Assembly: GCA_044869275.1 (NCBI GenBank)
Contig: JBIOXB010000215.1
Location: forward strand, 1-35,389
Source: a bacterium
GTDB lineage: Bacteria > Zhuqueibacterota > Zhuqueibacteria > Zhuqueibacterales > Zhuqueibacteraceae
Length of the DNA stretch: 35,389 nucleotides
Direction of reading: 5' to 3'
Notes under the pieces: model-generated
Told to the model about the DNA's origin: nothing
The model's input: only the letters and a program-made list of their open reading frames with translations
Databases searched by the model: none
In this document: in pieces, positions 28,269-35,389 of the stretch
How the letters are laid out: each line of letters starts with the position of its first letter
Position numbering within the stretch: position 1 is the first letter of the stretch
Position numbers and translations under genes: made by a program

Positions 28269-28832
28269 TCAGATCGTCACTGCGTCGCTTTGGAGCACGC
28301 CCTCACGCAGCAACTGCGCCAGAATCGCAGCAGTTTCGGCGGGCGTGTGCTGCGCGAAGGTGTCGATGACGGTATCGGCACGCAGATAGAACGGCTCACG
28401 CTGCAGCAACAAATTGCGAATATACGCCAGGCGCTCAGAAACCGGAATCCGGCTCAGCATTGGCCGGTGGTCGTCGTCTTTCAAACGCCGGAACAGCTCT
28501 TCCGGCTGGCAGCGTAAGAAAACCGCGAGTCCTTGGCGCAGCATGGGCCACACCATCTCTTGCGTCGGCGTGCCGCCACCGAGGGCAATAATCGTACGCT
28601 GCGAGTCCATAAGGCTCGCGAGAATGGCGGCCTCGAGGGTGCGAAAATAAGGCTCGCCATGCTGCGCAAAAATCTGCTCGATGGGCATGCGCTCGCGCAG
28701 AACGATTTCCTCATCCAAATCCACAAACCGCCAGCCCAATTGTTGCGCCAGCAACTTACCAATCGTGGTTTTGCCGCAGCCCATGAAGCCGATCAAAAAG
28801 ATCTTGCCTATTGCTTTTTCCATGCGCGCCAT
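28269..28832 (-). CDS. aroK: Shikimate kinase
   Basis: IFLIGFMGCGKTT, DLDEEI, GEPYFR, ALGGG and RPML motifs. Overlaps the end of aroC; alternative start at 28823. Confidence 0.95.
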   Translation of the reverse strand: MARMEKAIGKIFLIGFMGCGKTTIGKLLAQQLGWRFVDLDEEIVLRERMPIEQIFAQHGEPYFRTLEAAILASLMDSQRTIIALGGGTPTQEMVWPMLRQGLAVFLRCQPEELFRRLKDDDHRPMLSRIPVSERLAYIRNLLLQREPFYLRADTVIDTFAQHTPAETAAILAQLLREGVLQSDAVTI

Positions 28833-29992
28833 CTCTCCTCGATTTCCGGCATGGCATCTCCGCCAAACTTCTCCAGCATGGCGCCGGCCAAAACCAAGGC
28901 CAAAATCGCTTCGCCAATCACACTCGCCGCCGGCACCGCACAGACGTCGGAACGTTCGAGGTGCGCCACGGCGGCTGCTTTCGTGCGCATGTTCACGGAG
29001 GCCAGCGGGCGCATCAAAGTTGAAATCGGTTTTTTTGCCACACGCACCACCAGCGGCTCGCCATTGGTGAGGCCGCCTTCAAGCCCGCCGGCGTGATTGG
29101 AACTGCGAAAGTATCCGCGCTCGGGGGTATAAAAAATTTCGTCATGCACGGTGCTGCCCCAGCGCGCTGCATTTTCGAACCCGCTGCCGATTTCAACGCC
29201 TTTGACCGCGGGTATGCTCATCAGGGCGGCAGCAACACGGCCATCGAGCTTGCGATCCCAATGCACGTGGCTGCCCAGGCCGACCGGCAGATTGAAAGCA
29301 GCGACTTCAAATATGCCGCCGGCGGTGTCACGATTCTGTTTGGCGCGATCAATCGCCGCGATCATTTCCTGTTCCGCTTTGCTTTCGACACAGCGTACCG
29401 GAGAAGCGTCCACACGTTCGTTTATTTCATCGAGGGGAAACGGATACGAGCTCGTGTCCTGCAAAAAAGTGAACGAACTGCGGGCCTGGTGAATTTGAAC
29501 GACGTGGCTGGCGATCACCACCTCGAACGCCTCCAAAAATTTTCGCGCCACGGCTCCGAGCGCCACCCGCGTGGCGGTCTCGCGCGCGCTGGCGCGTTCG
29601 AGAATGTCGCGCATGTCATCGGTTTGATACTTGATCGCACCTGCGAGATCGGCGTGGCCGGGCCGCGCAACTTCCACGCGCTCGAGATTTTCCGGCGCTG
29701 CGCCTGCCACCGCCATTCTTGTTTGCCAATTTTGCCAGTCGCGATTTTCAATTTGCAGGGCCAGGGGAGAGCCCAAAGTCTTGCCGAAACGCACGCCGCT
29801 CAAAATCCGCGCGCGATCCTGTTCGATGCGCATGCGGCCGCCGCGGCCATGGCCTTGCTGGCGGCGATGCAATTGTGCAGCAATGTACTCTTCATCAATC
29901 GCCAGGCCGGCCGGCAGGCCTTCTAATATACCTACCAAAGCCTGGCCGTGCGATTCACCGGCGGTGAAGTAACGCAGAGGGCTCATTTGCAT
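28808..29992 (-). CDS. aroC: Chorismate synthase
   Basis: TAGESHG, RPGHAD, ERASARET, NHAGGLEGG and ERSDVC motifs; alternative start at 29986. Confidence 0.97.
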   Translation of the reverse strand: MQMSPLRYFTAGESHGQALVGILEGLPAGLAIDEEYIAAQLHRRQQGHGRGGRMRIEQDRARILSGVRFGKTLGSPLALQIENRDWQNWQTRMAVAGAAPENLERVEVARPGHADLAGAIKYQTDDMRDILERASARETATRVALGAVARKFLEAFEVVIASHVVQIHQARSSFTFLQDTSSYPFPLDEINERVDASPVRCVESKAEQEMIAAIDRAKQNRDTAGGIFEVAAFNLPVGLGSHVHWDRKLDGRVAAALMSIPAVKGVEIGSGFENAARWGSTVHDEIFYTPERGYFRSSNHAGGLEGGLTNGEPLVVRVAKKPISTLMRPLASVNMRTKAAAVAHLERSDVCAVPAASVIGEAILALVLAGAMLEKFGGDAMPEIEERWRAWKKQ

Positions 29993-30070
29993 CTAACAGT
30001 CTTTTCATGAGTTGGTCTTCATCTATCCGTTGGCGAGAAGAAGTTGGAATTCTATCCTGAGTTTGAAAAG

Positions 30071-31696
30071 CTAATCGCCTAATTGATCCAGCTTCGGCAG
30101 CGTAAAGTAAACCGATGTTCCCTGGCCCGGATTTGAATCGAGTTTGATCATGCCGCGGTGGTTTTCGATGATGCGGCGCACGATGGCCAAGCCTACGCCG
30201 GTGCCGGCAATCTTTCCAACATTCGATCCGCGTTGAAAGAGGTTGAAGGCCTTTTGCTGAAAAGCGGCCTCCACGCCCATGCCGTTGTCACGCACCCAAA
30301 ACGCATGAAAGCGCGGCTGTTCCTGCCAGCCGATTTCGATGCGCAACGGCGCGTCTGGACGGCGATATTTCATGGCATTGCTCAACAGATTCTCGAATAC
30401 GGTCCTCAGGCCGTTCGCGTCGCCCTTGATTTGCGGCAAGCTGGGCGGGACCACGAATTCCGCCTTCATCACTTTTTCGCCAGCCGCCGGCTTGCTGAAT
30501 TCCGCCGGCGAGAGCGAGGTCTGCTCCAGCAGCTTCAGATCGTCGATTACGCGATGCACCACACCGGACAGATCGGCCCATTCGAATTTTGCCGATTCGC
30601 GGCCGAGACGATAGAACTCGAGCAGATCCAGCACCATTTTCTCCATCTGGCCGGCATTTTTCTGAATGCGGTCGAGAAAATGCAGATGCTCCGGGCTCAA
30701 GCGCGGTTCTAACTCGTCGCGCAACAAACTGGCGAAGCCCTGAACGGAGACGAGCGGCGTCTTGAGATTGTGACTGATGACGAAAATGAGATTCTCCAGT
30801 TCCTTTTCGCGGCGCTGGAGCTCCGCTTCGGCCGCGCGCTGCTGCCAGGCGCTGTGCAAACGCGCCAGGAATCCGGCGGTTTTTCCTCCGGCTTCCGCCA
30901 CGCGCGTGACGGCAAAATGCACGGCGAGCACGCTGCGATCGCGGCGGTACAATTCCGTTGCAAAGTTTTCGACACGGCCCTCCTTTTCGAGCGCTGCCAG
31001 CAGGCGCCGCATCTCCTGGCCGCGCTGCTGAAACAGCAGCAACGCAGGCCGGCCGAGCAATTCCTCGGCGCTATACCCCAGCAGCTTCTCCGCGCCGCGG
31101 CTGAAGTTTTGAATCCGGCCGCGCGCATCGACGACGAGAGCCGGATCGTCCATTTCATAAATCAGTTGCTCGAGCGGCAGCACCGGCCGCGGCCGCGCTT
31201 TGCGTATCTTTACCAAAGCGACGGAAATCAGATCCGCGAGCGCATGCAACAGCTCGCGCTGCGGCTCGCGGAAAGCATGCGCCTGCTCGTGACTGAAGGC
31301 GAGCGCGCCTTGCACAATCAAATCATGCGAAGCATGCAGCGTGGAGCTCAAGCGCAGCCGCAAGGGCACGGCCAGTGCGGAAGCGAATTCTTTTTCAAAA
31401 AAGAATGCCTTGATTTCAGACGTTCCGCGGATTGGCGTGTGGGGAGAGACGAATCCGGCAAATCCAGCGGCAAATTTCGTCCAGGGCAGAGAGGCGCGCC
31501 GGGCACGGGTTTCGCCCTCGCAAAAAGAGCCGCGCACTTCGGCAAATCGCCCCGACTCGTCGGCGAGTGCGAGAGTGGCTTCTTTAAAAGAGAGCAGCGC
31601 CGGCAATAGCGGGCACACGCGGCGCCATAATTCTTCCACAGATTCGGCGTCGCGCAGCGTTTCGCTGAATGGGCGCAAAAAAGTCAAGTCAATCAC
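30071..31696 (-). CDS. GAF-PAS-HisKA-HATPase sensor histidine kinase (orphan in this window)
   Basis: PAS segment (AEKLLGYSAEELLG), H-box SHNLKTP, N-box NLLSNAMKY, G1 DNGMG and G2 GTGVGLAI; GTG start. Confidence 0.9.
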   Translation of the reverse strand: MIDLTFLRPFSETLRDAESVEELWRRVCPLLPALLSFKEATLALADESGRFAEVRGSFCEGETRARRASLPWTKFAAGFAGFVSPHTPIRGTSEIKAFFFEKEFASALAVPLRLRLSSTLHASHDLIVQGALAFSHEQAHAFREPQRELLHALADLISVALVKIRKARPRPVLPLEQLIYEMDDPALVVDARGRIQNFSRGAEKLLGYSAEELLGRPALLLFQQRGQEMRRLLAALEKEGRVENFATELYRRDRSVLAVHFAVTRVAEAGGKTAGFLARLHSAWQQRAAEAELQRREKELENLIFVISHNLKTPLVSVQGFASLLRDELEPRLSPEHLHFLDRIQKNAGQMEKMVLDLLEFYRLGRESAKFEWADLSGVVHRVIDDLKLLEQTSLSPAEFSKPAAGEKVMKAEFVVPPSLPQIKGDANGLRTVFENLLSNAMKYRRPDAPLRIEIGWQEQPRFHAFWVRDNGMGVEAAFQQKAFNLFQRGSNVGKIAGTGVGLAIVRRIIENHRGMIKLDSNPGQGTSVYFTLPKLDQLGD

Positions 31697-31845
31697 AGTC
31701 GTGCGAGATTCGGCTTGCGGGATGATCCTATCGACGGCTTGAAATAGACGCGAGCGCTGTGCTGGGCCAGGGTCTGCAGAATGGCTTGCTCTTTTTCGCT
31801 CAAGACTCGCCCAACAGGTTTTGTTAGCGGACTCTCAGCCGCCAT
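31693..31845 (-). CDS. Possible 50-aa small ORF translationally coupled to the histidine kinase
   Basis: MAAESPLTKPVGRVLSEKEQAILQTLAQHSARVYFKPSIGSSRKPNLARL*. Its TGA overlaps the kinase GTG (GTGA). RBS is weak. Confidence 0.35.
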   Translation of the reverse strand: MAAESPLTKPVGRVLSEKEQAILQTLAQHSARVYFKPSIGSSRKPNLARL

Positions 31846-31954
31846 CCTGCCATGCTCTGAGCGCGGGGTGTTCTCACATTCAGGCTATGAAACTAAAGGA
31901 TTTGCGCTTGAAATGCAAGGGGGAAAAGTTTTGTTAAAATCTTTTAACGAATAA

Positions 31955-31982
31955 TTGCATTTTTCTTGGTTTCTGATATATT
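31955..31982 (+). promoter_or_regulatory. Putative sigma70 promoter
   Basis: TTGCAT-16 nt-TATATT with an extended -10 (TGaTATATT) and an AT-rich upstream tract. Confidence 0.55.
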
Positions 31983-31987
31983 CAGCG

Positions 31988-32165
31988 AGACAGAGATCTG
32001 TGTGCAACCGTCAACGCGAAAACCTTCGGGCCGCGGCAGCGTTCGCAGCACGATCAACTCAAGTTCAGCGCATCCCACTGACGCTGCTTTGAATTTTCCC
32101 ATGGATGCACGCTGACAGAGAAATCGACAGAACCTCCGTCGCAGTTCATCGGTGAGGTTCGTTCA
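31988..32165 (+). ncRNA. Candidate structured RNA (sRNA or 5' leader), family unassigned
   Basis: Three consecutive predicted hairpins directly after the promoter, the first capped by a C(UUCG)G tetraloop. No matching known family recognised. Confidence 0.4.
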
Positions 32166-32177
32166 AATTTCCACCGT

Positions 32178-32954
32178 ATGCCTTTCAAAGACCACTTCTC
32201 CTCACAAGCCAGCACCTACGCGAAATATCGCCCGCACTATCCCGCCGAATTATTCGAATACTTGGCTGCGCTTGCGCCGGCACGCGATACCGCCTGGGAT
32301 TGCGCAACTGGCAACGGCCAGGCCGCGCTGGGGCTCGCACCGCACTTTCGATCTGTTATCGCTACCGACGCTAGCGCGTCACAAATCGCGCAGGCGACTC
32401 CGCATGAAAGAATTGCATACCATATCGCCGCGGCCGAGGATACGAACATTTCTGCCAGTTCCGTCGATTTAATTACCGTGGCCCAGTCGCTGCATTGGTT
32501 TCAGTTTGACAAGTTTTATGCGGAAGTCGCGCGGGTGCTCAAACCGGGCGGAGTGATCGCGGTGTGGAGCTATAATCTGCTGCGATGCGCTCCCGGGATC
32601 GACGCGCTCCTCGATGAGTATTATTTCGACATCGCCGGCCGGTTTTGGCCCCCGGAAAGAAAGCTGTTGGAAGAACGTTATCGCACCATTCCATTTCCGT
32701 TTGAGGAAATTACCCCTCCTGAGTTTTACATGGAAACTGAATGGAACTTGGACGAATTGATCGGCTATCTCCACACTTGGTCGGCCACGCAGAGATTCAT
32801 CGCGCAACAAAAAATCGATCCACTCCTCGATCTGCGCGAGCGGCTGGAAAAAAATTGGAGCGCACCGGAGCAAAAGAAGCGCATGCAATGGCCGCTGCAT
32901 TTGCGCTTGGGAAGGCTCAAACTGCGTGAAGACTCTCGTTCCACCGCAATCTGA
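32178..32954 (+). CDS. Class I SAM-dependent methyltransferase
   Basis: FKDHFS...YAKYRPHYP, AWDCATGNGQ, VDLITVAQSLHWF and RVLKPGG. Confidence 0.9.
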   Translation: MPFKDHFSSQASTYAKYRPHYPAELFEYLAALAPARDTAWDCATGNGQAALGLAPHFRSVIATDASASQIAQATPHERIAYHIAAAEDTNISASSVDLITVAQSLHWFQFDKFYAEVARVLKPGGVIAVWSYNLLRCAPGIDALLDEYYFDIAGRFWPPERKLLEERYRTIPFPFEEITPPEFYMETEWNLDELIGYLHTWSATQRFIAQQKIDPLLDLRERLEKNWSAPEQKKRMQWPLHLRLGRLKLREDSRSTAI

Positions 32955-33873
32955 AAACTCGTTGCTCTACCGCTGGTTCGGCGTGCTGCGCTGCCCGCAA
33001 TGCCTGAGCAAGCTTTCCATGTTCGTGCACGGCGGCGCGCGCGCGCTGCAGTGCGAGGCATGCGCTCAACGGTATCCGGTCGAAAACGGCATTCCACTCC
33101 TGCTCAAACCGGACCGTGCCGTCGCGCTCGAAAAATTCTGCTCGCAATATGACGCGTCGCGATTGCAAGAAGGCTGGGCCAGTGAGCATCCGAATTTTTA
33201 TCTCGAGCTGCCTTTTCGAGACCTTTCCGGCCGGCATGTGCAAGAATGGCGCCTGCGGGCGAAATCATTCCAGCTGGTGCAAGCCTGGCTGGAGAAGTAC
33301 GCGCGCGGCCGAGCGCTGCGCATTTTGGAAGTGGGCGCAGGCAGCGGCTGGATGAGCCAGCTCCTGGCCGGGCACCATGAGGTTCTTGCTTTCGATGCCA
33401 ACGCCGGCCCTCACGGCGTCTCCGCAATTCCGTCCCCGCAACGGCGGTTTATGGCCGTGCAAGCGGAACTCGACTGTTTGCCATTGTCCGGTCAGGCCAT
33501 GGACCTCATCATCGCCAATGCCAGCTTGCATTATGCGCCCGATGCTGAAATCTTCCTTGCCCAGGCGCAGCGCGTGCTGCGGCCGCAGGGCCGCTTGCTG
33601 ATCATGGACTCTCCGGTTTATCCACATCCCAATGCGCTGGCGGCAGCACACCAGCGCACGCGCGCTTATTACACACAATTGGGCTTTCCCGGGCTGGCGC
33701 AAAACTACGGTGGGCTGTGCGCTGCCCAATTTGAGAATCGAGGGGATTTTGTTTTTTCTCGATTGCGCCGGGATTTCAGCAAATTTGAGCTGTGCAAGAA
33801 ATATCTGCGTGAAAAGCTCGGCAAACCAGCAGCCGCGCGTTTTCCAATTTTGGTCGGCATCCGCCGGGATTGA
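32926..33873 (+). CDS. Trm112-like zinc ribbon fused to a class I methyltransferase
   Basis: LRCPQC...LQCEAC...YPVENGIPLL followed by ILEVGAGSGW, NASLHY and RVLRPQG. GTG start overlaps the upstream gene. Confidence 0.8.
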   Translation: MKTLVPPQSENSLLYRWFGVLRCPQCLSKLSMFVHGGARALQCEACAQRYPVENGIPLLLKPDRAVALEKFCSQYDASRLQEGWASEHPNFYLELPFRDLSGRHVQEWRLRAKSFQLVQAWLEKYARGRALRILEVGAGSGWMSQLLAGHHEVLAFDANAGPHGVSAIPSPQRRFMAVQAELDCLPLSGQAMDLIIANASLHYAPDAEIFLAQAQRVLRPQGRLLIMDSPVYPHPNALAAAHQRTRAYYTQLGFPGLAQNYGGLCAAQFENRGDFVFSRLRRDFSKFELCKKYLREKLGKPAAARFPILVGIRRD

Positions 33874-33942
33874 AGTGGGAGCTGGTCGAGTATTTTCGCA
33901 ACAGCTCGGCATGATCTTTATTCGTACCACGGATTCGATGGC

Positions 33943-35238
33943 ATGACAGGTCGGCAAAAATTCAAGCTTGCCCCCCGGCGTGCTCTGGCGATGAGAACGA
34001 TCGGAGTGGGAATTTGCTTTCTCGCTTGCCAGCAAACCCATTTTCCGGCTGATCATCTTTTTCGCCGCACTGCCTCCGAAACCGTTTCTTCGCCGGCGGC
34101 ATTTGATTACGATCGCGATGGCCACATGGAAATCGTTCTCGGCTCCTTTGACGGAAATTGTTATTTGCTCGATGATACCCTGCGCGATCTCGCCGGCTGG
34201 CCGCAAAGCTGTCCCGACGGATTTTTCTCTTCGCCGGCACTGTGGGACGCCGATCGCGACGGCGCACCGGAGATTTTTGTTGGTGGGAACGATGGCAAGC
34301 TCTATGGCTGGCATTTCAACGGCACGTCAGTTACCGGCTTTCCAATCGTCCTCGGCTTCCGATGCTGGTCCTCGCCTGTGATCGTGGCAGATTCATTGCT
34401 CGCGATAGGCGGTGATGAAAAGATGTTTTTGATTGATCGCAAAGGGCAACCTGTTCCAGGATGGCCGCAAACGATCCAGGGCTGGGCCGCAGCAAGCCCG
34501 GCCTGGCATGAGGATCTGATTGCCCTCTCGACGCTGACACACGGAGAAGCCAGCCGCGGCCATCTTTATGCCTGGCATCTTTCCGGTGCAGCCTATGCAA
34601 ATTTTCCCCTGCGGCTAAAAATGGATTCGGATTCTTCACCCACGCTGGCAGACGTCGATCACGATCAACAAGTGGAAATCATCGTCGGCGACGACGGCGG
34701 GTTTCTGCATGTATTCAAATTGCAGGGCAGCGAGTTACCGCCTTTTCCAAAACTGGTGGGCGAAGCGATACAAGGCAGCGTGGCGCTTGCCGATCTCAAT
34801 CGCGACAAGATTCTCGACCTCGTGTTCGGCACGACGGACGGTGCGATCCACGTTTGGAATGCCCTGGGCGATTGCGCGCTGGGCTGGCCGGTGCGCACTG
34901 GCTACGAGATCAATGGCTCGCCCGCGCTCATTGCGAATGAGAACGGCGAATTTCGCATTGTCATTGGCTCGGGCGATCACCGCCTGTATGTTTTGCGGGC
35001 GGATGGAAAAAACGAGGAAGGCTTTCCCGTAGATTGCGATGCAGCCATATACTCTTCGCCATTGGTAGCCGATCTTGATGGCAATGGCCGGCGCGAAATT
35101 GTTCTCGGCGCGAACAATGGCATTCATCTTCTCAAAGACGTATTCTCGCCAGCGCAGGCAGATGCCAACGAATGGAACATGTTTCGACGGAATGCGCAGC
35201 GCACGGGTGCGCTGCCAGAGCGGGCAACGCTGAGATGA
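33943..35238 (+). CDS. FG-GAP/VCBS repeat (beta-propeller) exported protein
   Basis: Repeated SSP-x2-D-x-D-x-DG-x2-EI units and GWP/GFP turns; possible lipobox FLAC; alternative start ATG 33991. Confidence 0.82.
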   Translation: MTGRQKFKLAPRRALAMRTIGVGICFLACQQTHFPADHLFRRTASETVSSPAAFDYDRDGHMEIVLGSFDGNCYLLDDTLRDLAGWPQSCPDGFFSSPALWDADRDGAPEIFVGGNDGKLYGWHFNGTSVTGFPIVLGFRCWSSPVIVADSLLAIGGDEKMFLIDRKGQPVPGWPQTIQGWAAASPAWHEDLIALSTLTHGEASRGHLYAWHLSGAAYANFPLRLKMDSDSSPTLADVDHDQQVEIIVGDDGGFLHVFKLQGSELPPFPKLVGEAIQGSVALADLNRDKILDLVFGTTDGAIHVWNALGDCALGWPVRTGYEINGSPALIANENGEFRIVIGSGDHRLYVLRADGKNEEGFPVDCDAAIYSSPLVADLDGNGRREIVLGANNGIHLLKDVFSPAQADANEWNMFRRNAQRTGALPERATLR

Positions 35239-35254
35239 TGCGATGCTCACCATC

Positions 35255-35338
35255 TTGCCCCTGCTCGTACTCCCACGCTTACTCGTGCTCGCAGTTACAA
35301 CAACTCAAAAGCGAGAGAGTAAGAGTAAGGGCAGCAAT
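35255..35338. repeat. Palindromic tandem repeat with 6-nt period
   Basis: tgcccc|tgctcg|tactcc|cacgct|tactcg|tgctcg versus gcgagag|agtaag|agtaag|ggcagcaa. Confidence 0.65.
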
Positions 35339-35389
35339 TGCGTAAAGCCCAGCCTTAAACCCATTGCAGCAAATTAGAGCCAATATGCC

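Noticed and set aside
31988..32165. Known riboswitch, SRP RNA or tRNA assignment
   Set aside because: Diagnostic consensus elements (SAM-I AUC...GAU core with kink-turn, glycine aptamer core, SRP GGAA loop, tRNA T-loop/cloverleaf) were not found; kept only as an unassigned candidate.
33265..34314. 349-aa minus-strand ORF
   Set aside because: Antisense to the methyltransferase and FG-GAP genes; no motifs.

Overview
A GC-rich, gene-dense bacterial chromosome window. Gene order and the style of intergenic repeats suggest an FCB-group organism such as KSB1 or Calditrichota, but that is inference only. Most of it is housekeeping on the minus strand: radA-[AbiJ-like insert]-tgt-yajC-def-fmt-[class V PLP enzyme]-[methyltransferase]; ygfZ-amrB; patA; a short asparaginase; lon; aroC-aroK-aroQ; and an orphan PAS histidine kinase. 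Plus-strand accessory genes are a DUF5916/CBM9-like outer-membrane protein, a Rieske-flavoprotein fusion with an SRPBCC partner, a cyclase-ATPase-TPR protein, two methyltransferases and an FG-GAP protein. I saw no rRNA, tRNA, CRISPR array or intact transposase. The most interesting observations are: (1) an in-frame AroQ::GAF (fRMsr-like) fusion; (2) a promoter, 55-codon leader ORF, G-free pyrimidine tract and hairpin upstream of putrescine aminotransferase, a candidate polyamine-responsive attenuator; (3) a ~170-nt structured RNA candidate with its own promoter at 31988-32165; (4) a 116-bp MITE with target-site duplication nested in a larger palindrome; (5) an unannotated 47-aa basic polyproline ORF after lon, plus a sigma54-like promoter and 18-bp perfect palindrome before lon; and (6) intergenic palindromic tandem repeats with 6-, 7-, 8- and 9-nt periods.
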